In this document: in pieces, positions 38,291-50,937 of the stretch
Layout: every line of letters starts with the position of its first letter
Position numbering within the stretch: position 1 is the first letter of the stretch
Assembly: GCA_040285855.1 (NCBI GenBank)
Contig: JAUFOQ010000018.1
Location: forward strand, 248,001 to 312,000
Source: Eukaryota sp. GEM-RC1
Lineage: Eukaryota
Direction of reading: 5' to 3'
DNA: 64,000 bases
Program-made: the position numbers and the translations under genes
Notes under the pieces: generated by a model
Databases searched by the model: none
What the model was told of the DNA's origin: nothing
The model's input: the letters and a program-made list of their open reading frames with translations, nothing else

Positions 38291-40796
38291 CATTACAGTG
38301 GATGAGTTGATGAGTTGTCTTTTAAAACTCCCTTCAGGAAAAGCTCCTGGACCTTGAGGTATTACTTTTTATATGCTCAAATCTGTTCCACGTCAAAATT
38401 CACTTATTGTTGAAGATTTATGCCTCTTTTTCAACAGTGTTTTGTTATCGAAGGTTGTTCCTCCTAAAGAGTTGTCTGCTTCTCGTTTGGTTGCACTGAT
38501 TAAGCCTAACAAGAAAATCCGTCCTATTGCTGTCGGTGAAGCTATTTACCGTCTGTTTGCTTCTGTTGTCTTTGGAAGAATTTCCAACAAAGCCAAGGAT
38601 TTTTTTTTACCTTATCAATATGGTATTGAAACCATTGATGGAGCTTCTGTGGCTGCCCTTTCTTCTGATGTTTTCTTCAATGCGGTTGAAAATAATTGCA
38701 TTTTCAATTTGGATTTTAAGAATGCTTTTAATTCTGTTAAACGATCTGCCATTTGTTCTGAATTGGAAAAGAGCTTTCCAGAATTAGGTACCTTTTTCAT
38801 TGTTTTTATGGTCACTCTTCTGACATAGTTTTCAATTCATTTGTTCTTAATTCTGTTTCTGGAGTTAAACAAGGAGATCCTCTTGGTCCCTTCTTTTCTT
38901 GTTTGGCTATTCATCCAATCCTCAAAAAACTCAAAGAAGAACATGCAGACTTAGAAATCGTAGCTTATATGGATGACATTTCTTTTATTGCTCCTATGTC
39001 AACTCTTCGTATTATTGCGAATCAGGCTGCTGATTTGTACGATGCAATCGGACTTCAATTAAATGTGCAAAAATGTTTTTTGATTGCCAAGGTACCTGTA
39101 ACTTTAATTGTTGATTCTTTAGAGGTTCCCTTTGTGAACTACTTATCTTCAAGCTTTAGATTTCTAGGTTGCTATCTTGGTTCACATGACAACATTGTTA
39201 AAGATTTGAATGTATATTTGGATTCTATACGAAAAGAATTAGATCAAATTAAGGAATTGCAATTGGAAAAACATCTCAAATTCTTCATGCTAAAAATTTG
39301 TTATTCAGGAAAAGTTACTCATCTGCTTCGCTCTCTACCCCCTGTACTTACCTATAACTTCTGTAGAAGCTTTAACAAAATTCGTACTGACTGTCTTGCA
39401 TTTTTGTTATCAGTGGATCCTGCTGCTTTGAACAATCACATGTTCTCAGATCCTCATCTTGCTGGTATTGGTTTCACTTCGTCTAAATGGTGGACCAAAT
39501 CTGCTTTCATTGGTGGTGGTAAGAATTTTGTCTTTGAGTTCTGTAGACGGTACCCAAGTCAAGAAAATCTTCTTGTTTCGACAAATAGTTTTTTCTTGGT
39601 AAATTTGAGATCTGAATTGTCGCTAATTTCACCTGACCTCTGGCAAACTTGTTTTCCAGCAGATATTTGTGAAATACCAGAACGATGTGTCACCTCGTTA
39701 AAATTTGCTCTTAAGAAACTCCAAAAACACCTTTTAATACATTTTGAATGTATGGATTTTAAAATTCGACTTGGCTCGGCCAAAGAAAAAAATCCAACGT
39801 TCGCAAATTTTTTAATTGATTTGAAGGACAGTTCTTCAATTGCTTTGATTAACCAAATTCCTCAGATTTTTGGTTTGTTGTTGAATGATCATCAATGGAC
39901 TACAACATTCAGGCTTCGACGTTTCTTGTGGCCCTCTAATTTACCCAAGGATCTTCAATGTAAATGTGGTAAATTAGTTACTTTTTCTCACCTTTTGAGT
40001 TGTAATCGTTTCATTACTTATAGAACTTGTATTCATGATGCTGTCAGAGATCAAATTCATGCCATGTGTAAGTCCTACAAAATTGAATCTTTTGTTGAGC
40101 CACTGTTGAGATCACTTGAATTCTATAATTTAACAAATAGTGATTCTGATAAGACTTTTGGTAAAAGAAGAGCTGATGTTATAGTTCCATCAGTCAATGA
40201 TGAACTAACCGTTGTTGATGTGATTACTGTGGATGTTTGCAAAATAATGTTAGTGAAGATAGCGATACCTAGTTGATATCTTCACATCTGATGACGTGTC
40301 ACTTAGTCTTAAGGATTTCTTTATACAATAAACTCTTCTTTCTTATCAACGTTGACCTTACGGCAACAAAAAGTGCATTCACGGATGCTAAAAATGAAGT
40401 TTCTCCACTGAATTCTTCAGAACAATACAAGAGAAACAAATATGATGAACCATTGACTGCTCTTAAACATGTTAGACATGTTGAGTACAAATTACGTCCT
40501 TTGCAATTTCAATTTATGGTCGACTTGGAAGAGATGCTCTTTGTTTGCTCTCTGATTTTGAGAAAGTGGTCAAAAGAGAATCAACAAGAAATTTGATTTC
40601 AAATTTTGGTTGAATCGTGTTGTTTTTACAATATTTAAAACAATTCCTGTCATGATTTCAAAAGCTCTATTAGCTCTCAGTGTTTTTAATGAAAAAAAAG
40701 CTGATGTGAGTTTTAATGGCAATGATTGTTGCTTTAATGACATTGAGTTCTAGTATTTGTGTTTATTTTAGTGTTTTTGTTCTATAAAAGCGATGA
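38291..40796 (+). mobile_element. 5'-truncated RLE-type non-LTR retrotransposon (CRE-like), family A; RT, CCHC and RLE pseudogene
   Basis: Motifs KAPGP, KIRPIAVGE, LDFKNAFNS, GVKQGDPLGP, AYMDD, FRFLG, C-x-CG..HLLSC, HDAVRD and RRADV..VDV..K..KY. Perfect 12-bp TSD AGTAAAACAGAC (38279-38290 and 40797-40808). Contains stops and frameshifts. Confidence 0.93.
40248..40368 (+). mobile_element. 121-bp solo LTR inserted in the LINE
   Basis: Absent from the sister copy near 52225. It has TGTT...AACA termini, an internal AATAAA and pyrimidine tract, and 4 extra target bases (ATAA/AAAA). Confidence 0.75.
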
Positions 40797-40866
40797 AGTA
40801 AAACAGACTTTTGATCAAAAGTTTTGGTTGAATCCCACTAACTTCACAGATTTTACCAATTCACAT

Positions 40867-41578
40867 CAGTGATGTACAAAAATTAGCGTACCGTACACTA
40901 TTTGCCGTACACTACCGTAAAATACGGTACGACACTATACTCGGTATCCGTAAAATACGGTAAATGTAAAAATACGGAAATTATTTACGGCAAATGTTAC
41001 CGTAGTGAGAATATAAAACACTCTATTTGTACACCCCGTAAATCGAAACACCAAAGCATTCTTGATCATTTTGATCAGTTCTGTAACAACTGAGCCATTC
41101 TATGTTGCCCTAGTACTTAAAAGAAGAGAATTGACTGGGTCGGATACACAACAAGAGCTGAAATACTTAGAAGCTGGTACAACCTTATTGTTTTTATTAA
41201 TCAAATGTGAGAATCCTGCTAAGACAACTTGAAAAACCGAATTATGTTGATCATCGTCATCGTTTGAAGTGGACACCTTTAAGACGTCAACTTTTTCTTC
41301 TCTACATAGAAACTGTTGGACACTGTTGAAACGGTTCTGCATGCAGGTCATTCAGAAGATTAACATACCTATTCTGATTAGTGATGGATCACGACTTTGA
41401 TCTTTATTTGCTCTTAGTTTTTGTAGTTTCAATTATAAAAATAATTTTCCGTTTTTTCAGTATTCTCACTTCGTTTTCAAACTTGCCGTAAAATACGGCA
41501 AATGTAAAAAAACGGAAATAATTTACGGCAAAGTTGAAAATGTACCGTATTTACGGCTACTATTTTTGTACATCACTG
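40867..41578. mobile_element. hAT-type MITE (712 bp)
   Basis: TIR CAGTGATGTACAAAAAT, perfect 8-bp TSD ATTCACAT (40859-40866 and 41579-41586), and CCGTA/TACGG subterminal repeats. Confidence 0.92.
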
Positions 41579-41849
41579 ATTCACATTGTGATATCAACAG
41601 AATGTTCATTGAATTGTATACAATACAACTTTGTATTTGTCCAACAAAGGCGGTACTGCAAAACACTGTTTTGAGATCAACATCAATGTTATTGTATATA
41701 GAGACTTATACAGAAGCACAACAACAACCAAAAGTTCAAAAAATCTCAAAGTCAAAATGCGCAAGATCACAAAATCCCAAATGCGCGCATTTGGCGCATT
41801 TGGCGCATTTCTGAAAAGTGATAACACTGCTTTTTTCCCTTCCTCTTGG

Positions 41850-43918
41850 AGTTAGAAAATTTCAGAAGAAATTTGTATCTTTCCATGTGAGCTTAAACTA
41901 TACTAACTGCATTAGCTTGGCTAAAGTTAAAAGTCCCGCTTTCTGTGCATTTTTACAAGACTAGAGTAGTGATTTAGCATCTACTTTCATTACTTAATTA
42001 CCAGGGAGATTTTTTTTGGGGCCGTGTAAATCCACCATGTAAATCCACCATTTGATGGAAAAGTTCAGAATAAATTGATTAATCTTCTTCTTTCTGACCT
42101 TCGGACTGCTGAGCATCATTACAACAACAGACCACACTGCACATCTTCTACAGATGGATCTTCCCCAGTTCTCCAGTTCTCAACGTGAAGATCTTATGTC
42201 TCACTTGCTGCAACAATCTTTTGACAGCGGTTACTCTCTTGTTGTCAACAAGTCCAATCACAACAAGAACTTTAAGCTTGTTTGTGAATCTTTTGGGACC
42301 TATCGGTGCAGAAAGGAAGTCGCTCCTAATGTTTAAAATACGCCATTGAATGTTTGTTACAGTATCATGAGAAATTGTTTCAGGAAGAAGATACTGATAG
42401 ACCAAACTTTATAGAAGAAAACGAAGATAAGGTGAGAGCTAAAGGACTTCCATCTCTCAGTAAACTGCTCAACCATGATCAACTAACTAGAGAAGACTTT
42501 CATCCACAGTGGCAACTTTGCAGAACTGCAAATGACGAATATCTAGAAAGAGTTCAACATGTCCAACAGCCAAGAACGTCCATGTACGAAGTCATGGGTG
42601 ATTTAATCCAACTTACTCAGGAGCAAAAGGATTATGCAGTAGGAAAGATCAGAGCAACGTTGCAAACAGCAGCAACGTTTTCTCTCCCACCACTTCCTGC
42701 AGAAACAAGAAAGAGGAAAGGCAGACCTTTAGGCAGCAGAAACAAAAGAACATCTACTCAAAGAGACCCCAGTTCTTTTGAAATTGCTACTCAACAAGCG
42801 AGCAATCGTAGAAAGTGTGGTGTGTGTGGTCGACCAGGACATAACCGAACAACATGTGAAGAGAGATAGCTTCTGTTTTATTTTGTACGTAGAGTACTTT
42901 CATTGTAATAAAGGAAGCAAAAATGTGCTGGATATAGTAGGTATAGGGAGTATCGATGGAAGAAAGATATAGGTTAGGTGAAGATGTGCAACTGGGATGC
43001 TAACTAAGGTTCGTGTCCAATATAGGCTGTGTATGAAGAGGTCAAAAGTGGACCAGAAAGAAGAAGATTAATCAATTTATTCTGAACTTTTCCATCAAAT
43101 GGTGGATTTACATGGTGGATTTACACGGCCCCTTTTTTTAATCTAAAAGATCATGAATGGCTTGTTAACATGAGACTTCGTTTAGGTTTTTGGCGATTTG
43201 GTTTGTTGCAGAACATCACGTGTATCTGTAAAAACAAACATAAGGCTAGCTTTCATCATTTGGTCAATTGTTCAAAGTTCATATAATATCGTTCAATTTT
43301 GCACAACAGTCTTTGGGATACACGTTTGGAAATGTTTAAGGCGAATGGTTTACATGGCAAAGTCGAACCATTACTTTCTCATCTTTCAGATCACCCTGAT
43401 TCTACTCAGAAACGTGGTGATTTTATTGGCCCTTGGTTGTCATGCCAAGAAATTGTTGATAATTTTACGACAGTTGATCCTTGCAAAGCTTCAGCTATTG
43501 CCAACATTTTGAATACTTCAAATGATCCGCTGAAAGACGCTGAGAACGCCAAAGTGTCTAACTACGGACATCAAGTTGCTGCATTGAATTCACGAAGACA
43601 CAATAATATCGTCTTTCAGCCTTTTGCAATTTCATTGTACGGAAATTTCGGTTCTGCTACCAGGGAGTTTTTAAATTTCTTTGAAAATTTGTGTTCAGAA
43701 TTTGGCAAGAAGTTTAACAGATCGTACTGGAAGAGTAAATTTGCTTTTTCGATTTTTAGGTCTATGTATAGATATGTTGATTCCATTTTGTCCAAGTTGT
43801 TTGGAGGCAACTTCTTTTCGGATTTAGGTCGTTCGTTTGATAATTTGTTTTAATAGTGTTTATTTATTTGTTGTTTTCTTATTATGATTTTTTTCTCCGC
43901 ACATAAATCCGTTTTTTT
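41850..43918 (+). mobile_element. 5'-truncated RLE-type non-LTR element, family B (T-tailed), split by a Mutator derivative
   Basis: 41850-42017 translates as a homolog of the family A region before the zinc knuckle. It resumes at 43133 with WLVNMRLRL, C-x-C..HLVNC and KRGDF..VDP..K..NY, and ends ATAAATCCG(T)7. Confidence 0.82.
42018..43132 (+). mobile_element. Internally deleted Mutator-like element (MULE)
   Basis: About 79-bp TIRs starting GGGGCCGTG, with a T7-8 run duplicated at both flanks. ORF remnants include a FAR1-like N-terminus and a C-terminal KGRP...CxxC-x4-H-x4-C knuckle. No DDE core. Confidence 0.85.
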
Positions 43919-44092
43919 ATTTGTCTGAATCAAAGTATGAATACATGTATTCATATTTAGTCTGAATCAATATCCCAAACACAAAAACTGTCTTGACCAT
44001 GAAACCATGTCATGTCTTCATAAATGTTATGTTGTCCATCAGGATTGTTGTTGGCACCTTAAATAGAGGTATAAGACCGAAGAAATTCAGAA

Positions 44093-45336
44093 ATAGCGTA
44101 CCGTGCACTATTTGTCGTACACTACCGTAAAATACGGTACGGTGCTGTTCTGGGTATCCGTAAAATACGGCAACCGCAAAAATACGGAAATTATTTACCT
44201 CAAATGTTACAATAGTGGGTATATAAAATTAGGAATGTTAATTAGTTCAGTTCAGTTCAGTTCATGAACTAGTTCAGTTCACTCATCTCTGTGAACTAGT
44301 TCAGTTCAGTTCACACCTCCATGAACTGAACTGAACTAAATGAACTTACATTTTATTCCATTTTTTATTACAACATAAACGCAATTTTTTACCACATATA
44401 AGGAACGTAGGATGAAGTATCCCAATAGTGTTATGAAATGGTCAACTTAAAGCCACGTAAGAACGCAAGTGTTGAAAGATCAAATTTCCCGTTTTCTTTG
44501 GTAAATTTATCTTTTTTGATGGTAAATTTACAGCAAAGAACCGAAAGCGGAAGAAGGGGAAGTAGAAGAAGGTCGTCGAAAGCAAGTGTTTGCGGAGTTG
44601 AAGAAGTATATCACAGAAGCTACTTGTGGCGTTTCATCCAGTCCTTTACACTATTGGACCTTAAATCACAACGCCTACCCTAGATTGTCAACGCTTTGTT
44701 GGAGAAATGCAACAATTCAAGCCAGTAATGTTGCGTCTGAGTCTTTGTTTTTACTTGCAGGATCGACCGCATGTAAAACAAGACCCCAGTTCAGGGATGA
44801 TTCCGTTCAATGTCGTGTTTGCTTGCACTCATGGTTAATTACTGATGTCTAATTAGAGTATGTTTTTCACATGATGCTTTATTAAATTTTGGAACGATTG
44901 AGTACTACATGAACTTGTTGATGACTTGTTGATTTGATATTAGGTATATTATTGTGGAAACAATGGTATATTTGCTTCAGTTCATATAGTTCAGTTCAGT
45001 TCAGTTCACAATTTTTTTGAACTGAACTGAACTGAACTGAACTATTTCACATTCTATATATAAAATACTCTTTTGTATACCCCGTAAATCGAAACATCAA
45101 AGCATTCTTGATCATTTTGATCAGTTCTGTAACAACTGTGCCATTCTATGTTGCCCTAGTACTTGAAAGAAGAGAATTGACTGGATAGGATACACGACAA
45201 GAGCTGAAATATTTAGAAGCATGTACATGTACAACCTAATTGTTTTTATTAAGCAAATGTGATAATCCTGCTCAGACAACTTGAAAAACCCGTATTATGT
45301 TGATCATCGCCATCGTTTGAAGGGGACACCTTTAAG
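44093..45336. mobile_element. Partial second copy of the 40867 MITE family, interrupted by another element
   Basis: 44093-44229 and 45067-45336 align with about 40884-41283. Both termini are missing. Confidence 0.8.
44230..45058 (+). mobile_element. Non-autonomous hAT element with (GTTCA)n subterminal repeats and a dimerization-domain remnant
   Basis: TAGGAATG left end, slightly degenerate right end and 8-bp TSD TATAAAAT. ORF 44586-44852 (PLHYW..YPRLS..ASNVASESLF) matches the hAT C-terminal dimerization pattern. Confidence 0.88.
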
Positions 45337-46030
45337 TATAGATGGGAGCCGACTCAAAATTTACTCACGGCTCAGCCGCAGGCATTAGCCAGCCGGCAGC
45401 GGCTTACAACACATTTTAGCCAGCTGAAGCCGGTTCAAGCCGGCTCAGCCTCATCGAGTTTTGTTTCGAGTATTTGGCTAACTGCTTAAAAGTGTTATTG
45501 ACTTGTTGGTTGATATATCAGTAAAATGATACAGAACCATTGTTAATGACAACTACACCGAGTATCAAAACGACACCATACTGATACCATTGATCAGTAC
45601 ATTCCAGTTTTTACATGTCACTTATTTCTGTGATTATCACATATAGACGTGACGTTCATCAGTTAGTAATTACTTGAATCTGTGAAACAATCGTAACACC
45701 ACCACGGAATTGGCTGTCTGCTAATATAAGAAAACAGTACAGTAGTACTTTTGAGAAGGAGCTTAATTAGTCCTAAAGAAACAAAGTCGTTGGCAGAAGA
45801 TCTTTGACGGACTCCAGGTTTTTACTGTCTTAGAACACAGGTATATCCATTTTATATGGACGTAAAAGATGTAATAGACATATCAAGTGTTAGAAATAGA
45901 CACGGTGACAATCTACATAACGCACTGAATGTACTATCAGTGCCCCCAAGAAAAAACAGTAGGGCAATTATTCGATACATATCAACTATATTCACCAATT
46001 CCATTGTTGCTCGAACGTTCACAAACATTA
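45337..46030. mobile_element. Truncated, inverted copy of the 46216-47112 element
   Basis: Reverse complement of about 46430-47112 with few differences. The ORF track shows the same MDVKDVIDISS peptide on opposite strands. Confidence 0.88.
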
Positions 46031-46039
46031 GTAAACACA

Positions 46040-46215
46040 AACTTTTCTTCATTAAACATGCGTTTACGGTCATATATTTGGCCTGATAACCTTCCACATA
46101 ATTTAAACTGTCAATGTCGGCAATCTGTAACACCTACACATTTATTGAATTGTAACCGTTTTATTTCTTTTTAGAAGTAAGGTTCATGATTCAGTAAGGC
46201 ATCAATTGTGTTGTA
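46040..46215 (+). mobile_element. Short LINE fragment (CCHC region)
   Basis: NMRLRSYIWPDNLPHNLNCQCRQSVTPTHLLNCNRF is homologous to the family A zinc-knuckle region. Confidence 0.75.
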
Positions 46216-47112
46216 CAGAGATGGGAGCCGGCTCAATTTAGCCGGCTTAGTTGGCTAGCTGAGCCAGCCGACTGGTCCAGAATAGAAATATTTCCAGCTG
46301 CAAGAACCTTTTTAGCCGGCTCAAACCGGATATTAGGTTCTCTGAAAACATAGCTAATAATGAACGAATAATGAATGTAGAAAAGGAAAATAATCAAGTA
46401 GAGCGCTTATCAAACAGTTTAGGGCTGCTATTGTTTATCAACGTTCGAGCAACAATGGAATTGGTGAATATAGTTGACATGTATCGAATAATTGCCCTAC
46501 TGTTTTTTCTTGGGGGCACTGATAGTACATTCAGTGCCTTATGTAGATTGTCACCGTGTCTATTTCTGACACTTGATATGTCTATTACATCTTTTACGTC
46601 CATATAAAATGGATATACCTGTGTTCTAAGACAGTAAAAACCTGGAGTCCGTCAGAGATCTTCTGCCAACGACTTTGTTTCTTTAGGACTAATTAAGCTC
46701 CTTCTCAAAAGTACTACTGTACTGTTTTCTTATATTAGCAGACATCAAATTCCATAGTGGTGTTACGATTGTTTCACAGATTCAAGTAATTACTAACTGA
46801 TGAACGTCACGTTTATATGTGATAATCACAGAAATAAGTGACATGTAAAAACTGGAATGTACTGATCAATGGTATCAGTATGGTGTCGTTTTGATACTCG
46901 GTGTAGTTGTCATTAACAATGGTTCTGTATCATTTTACTGATATATCAACCAACAAGTCAATAACACTTTTAAGCAGTCAGCCTAATTACTCGAAACAAA
47001 ACTCGATGAGGCTGAGCCGGCTTGAGATGCTGAAATGTGTTGTAAGCCGCAGCCGGCTGGCTAATGCCTGCGGCTGAGCCGTGAGTAAATTTTGAGTCGG
47101 CTCCCATCTATA
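46216..47112. mobile_element. hAT-like MITE with AGCCG/CGGCT subterminal repeats
   Basis: TIR YAKAGATGGGAGCCGRCTCAA. Flanks GTGTTGTA and GTTTTGCA give a 6/8 degenerate TSD. Confidence 0.75.
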
Positions 47113-47594
47113 GTTTTGCAATCGTAAAGGTTCAAACACTGTCAATCTATCAGAAAAGTGGGGAGTCGATTCCATTCCTAGAATCAGGAGGAGGGAATGA
47201 ATGATACGAAAGACATTGTTTGAAGTTTCTAACATGAACAACGTTGTGCTAAACAGGAAGATCAACATCACTTGATCACCATCAAGTAAGACATACGTTT
47301 CCAGGCAGTTCACTTCAGATAGTCCAAAAAAACCAAGAATGGGATTGCAAATGATTCAGATAATGGAAGATCAGGTTACGGAAGACTTAAGTGTGGTAAC
47401 TGCAAGAAAGAATGACACGGTGTAAAGTGTTTGAGTTTATGAGGGGAGTGTGGAAACTAACATCAGAGGCCCAGGTCTTGTTCAGAACCGTAGACTAGAT
47501 AGAAATCATTGTTAAAGATGTACGTTTGTGCAAGAGATTGAGGATTGAAATTAGGCTAAGTGAAAAGGTACAGGATAAGTCAAAATTTATGGTA

Positions 47595-48466
47595 CAGTAA
47601 ACTCTCTCTAATTGCAACCCCTGTAATTGAAAACTCTCTGAAATTGCAACAACAACCCATGCCACCAAGTAAAACAATACCAAATTGAAAATTGCAACAA
47701 TTGCAACAGTTTTTGAGACCTAATTGAAACATTGAAGTCAACATTATACTGTATTCTGGTTGTCGCATCTAACGCTAGCTGCCATATATTGATGTTAGTG
47801 TGGAGAAAGAGGAAGACGTTGTTGTGTTTCATAAATCCTACAGTACTCTTCTGGTTTTCCCATCATCAACTTCAATATACCGTACACAGTCAGTTAGAAA
47901 AGTCAAATACAAATGCATGTTCGTCAATATTTTGAAAATGATGAAAATACAGAAACTGTAACTGCAGAACCTTTCCTCAAAAAAAAGAACTGAATCATTG
48001 TTTGACAATTTTCTCCGATCGTGTTCAAATACATTAGTTTAATGACTTCACTGCTCTAAATCAAGTGATGATAGATCCTCCAGTAGTGCTGGGGGAAAAG
48101 AGAAAGAAACATTGGTTCATTTTTTTGTCACCCTTACGAAATATAAACGAAACACTTACTATGAACCATTGTATAAAGAGTACTGTCGATAGTAAGTAAA
48201 AGTATTTTTTAAAAAGCGGGATGATTAATTTGAGTTAAGATACTAACATTTGTTTAAGTCCGAGCATTCATGGTAGTTGTATTGTGGATCAGACTTGTTA
48301 ATTTGCTCTTGCAAACTAATTAATAACATATTTGATGTTCTGAAATAAATATGGATGTTGTATTTAGTTTGGAGTAGATTTATAGGAACTCTCTGTAATT
48401 GAAAACTCTCTGTAATTGAAACGAAACTCCATTCACCATGTCGTTTCAATTAGAGAGAGTTTACTG
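47595..48466. mobile_element. Tc1/mariner (pogo-like) MITE, 872 bp
   Basis: Perfect 20-bp TIR CAGTAAACTCTCTCTAATTG, with TA on both sides. Confidence 0.9.
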
Positions 48467-48779
48467 TACAATACTGTACATGATAAGTCAAACCCCAGAA
48501 AAACTATAGGATAACAACAAGATATTCTTACATTGCTGCCCTCGATATAGTGCCACCCTCGCTATAAGGTCTGTCAACAGGACTGCGCTATATCGAGGGT
48601 AGACTGCACTAGCCTTTCCCTAATGCTAGCCAAAACGGGATAGGCTAGTGACGGATTTGCGCACGATAGTATTAGGTAAACTCGAGTAAAATATGATATT
48701 ATACATAATTCTCATTGTATATTTTTTAACATAACGTGGCAAGTACATTAGAATGACATTATAACCTATCGATATTGTG

Positions 48780-50377
48780 TTATATCCGTTTTAACATGCG
48801 GCTGATTTCCACTCTTTGAGTCACTTTGTCTTCAAAGGACAGACGTCCCTTATAGGAATTGATAGATATAGCATTGACGTTGTTGGTAGAACTGCAATCA
48901 ACAGCAGTTACTTTCAGAATTCCATTAAAATCTATAGTGAAAGTGACATCATATTTGGCTTGCCCAGCAGGAAGTCTAGGTAGATTAGACAACCGAAACG
49001 ATCCAAGCAAATGATTGTTTTCAGCAACATCTGATTCTCCTTCATAAACTCTTATAGAGACATACGTTTGATTATCATGTACAGTTTTGTATGGACGAGT
49101 ATTTGATGTTGGAACATTAGTGAAGCGCGGGATGATAACAGACATAACATCCGGATCACGGCGATTCTTAGCGACTATGGCTTTACCTAAATCATGAGGA
49201 ACAACATCGTGTAAGACATGTAGATGAGCAACAGCGGCACCCATTGCTATCGCGTGATCAGCTTGTACTGTAGAACGAAGTTTGTTTGGAAAACGTTTTT
49301 CCATCAGCTCTACTAGTTTAGGAATCCTACTAGAACCTCCAACCATTAGCACTAGATCAATTTGATCAAAACGGATTGAACTTACGCGAAGTATAGAATC
49401 TACAACACGAATACATCGAAGGAAGAAGTCTTTGCATTCTCGTTCAAGATCTTCTTTAGTAATTGTGACATCAAGATGGTTTCTTCCAACAAAGTTTGTA
49501 ACCACCACATCTTCTTCTTCAGCAGAAGAAAGAGTTATCTTCGCGTCTTCGACAGCTTTTCTTTTCCTTAAAACAATAGTCAACCAGTATCGTATCAATA
49601 TCAGCACCTCCAAGGAAAGTATCTCCTATTGTAAGAATTCAAAGTAAACAACATACCTCCAGTGGCTAGTACAGTAACATCTTGTTCAGTTATCTTGACA
49701 ATGGATACGTCAAGAGTTCCTCCACCAAAGTCAAAAACTAAAGCAGTTTTACCAATAGCTCTGTTGTCTTCTTGTTTGAAAGCTAAAGCAGCAGCGGTGG
49801 GTTCATTCAGAATTCTGACAGTGTCAAAACCGGCCATTTCTGCAGCATCTTTTGTTGCTTGTCTTTGTCCATCATTAAAGTAAGCAGGACACGTTACGGT
49901 TAAAGCATCAATTTGTCCTCCCAGAGATTCTTCAGCTACTTCTTTAAGATGAGTTAGAACAAAGGCAGATACTTGTTCAGGACTGAATTTCATTTCAGCG
50001 TCACCATCTGAAAGGATCAAAAGAGGTTTGTCGTCTGAAGTTCCATCACTTTCAACTTTAAAGGGCCAATGTGAAGGTTTTCCTTGATTATGTCTCAAGT
50101 TCTTCTGAATCTCTGGATCTGAGAACTTTCTTCCAATAAATCGTTTAGCTTCAAAGATCGTGGATTGAGGATTCAGTACAGTACGTCGTTTCGCAGCTTC
50201 TCCGACTTCAATCTTTCCTTTGCGACAAGCTATTACACTTGGAGTGGTGTTTTTGCCTCGATTCACCAGAATTTCATTCATTGCTGGCTTAACTCGGCCT
50301 TGAGGATCTTTTGTGGATCGATAGATAGCCATACAGCAATTGGTAGTACCCAAGTCAATGCCAATGTGATTGCTCAT
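48780..50377 (-). pseudogene. Hsp70-family gene (NBD plus beta-SBD, no helical lid or EEVD), frameshifted
   Basis: MSNHIGIDLGTTN...VFDFGGGTLDVS, an intron, then GDTFLGG, VGGSSRIPK, DNQTYVSIRVYEGE and VTFTIDFNGILKVTA. A 56-bp deletion near 49563, relative to the paralog at about 33052-33107, shifts the frame. Confidence 0.88.
49626..49656 (-). other. 31-nt spliceosomal intron
   Basis: GTATGT...AATAG on the minus strand, at the same position as and nearly identical to 32959-32989. Confidence 0.88.
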
Positions 50378-50937
50378 AAAAGACGAGAAATGTAGGAGAA
50401 TTTTAATTGAAAAATCCACCTAGACTACAAGTTACTGTCTTCAAATTAGGAATGTTAATTAGTTCAGTTCAGTTCAGCCGTGAACTAGTTCAGTTCAGTT
50501 CACTCATCTCTGTGAACTAGTTCAGTTCAGTTCACACCTCCATGAACTGAACTGAACTAAATGAACTTACATCATATTATATTTTTTATTACTACATAAA
50601 TGTACTGTTCCACCACATATAAGGAACGTAGGATGAAGTATCCCAATAGTGTTATGAAATGGTCAACTTAAAGCCTTGTAAGAACGCAAGTGTTTAAAGA
50701 TCAAATTTACCTTTTTCTTAGGTAAATTTTTCTTTCTTAATGGTAAATTTACAGCAAAGAACCGAAAGCGGAGGAAGAAGCGGAAGAAGAAGGTCGTCGA
50801 AAGCAAGTGTTTGCGGAGTTTAACAAGTATATCACAGAAGCTACTTGTGACGTTTCGTCCAGTTCTTTACACTGGTGGACCTTAAATTACAACGCCTACC
50901 CTAGATTGTTAACACTCATTTGGAAAATCAAATAAAT

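Larger units (their letters stand above)
37685..41829. mobile_element. Non-autonomous hAT-like element hosting a LINE and a MITE
   Basis: CAGTGT.GTCA / TGATAACACTG termini with TGCGC/GCGCA subterminal repeats. The flanks CTTTTTC and CTTTTTTC form an imperfect TSD. A second left-end stub lies at 37659. Confidence 0.6.

Noticed and set aside
44240..44345. (GTTCA)n and (ACTTT)n runs as telomeric repeats or CRISPR repeats
   Set aside because: They are short and sit just inside TIRs of TSD-flanked hAT elements. There are no spacers or cas genes.
48530..48606. Another TA-element end (GAGGGTAGACTG)
   Set aside because: No partner TIR and no flanking TA, so it is too fragmentary to call.
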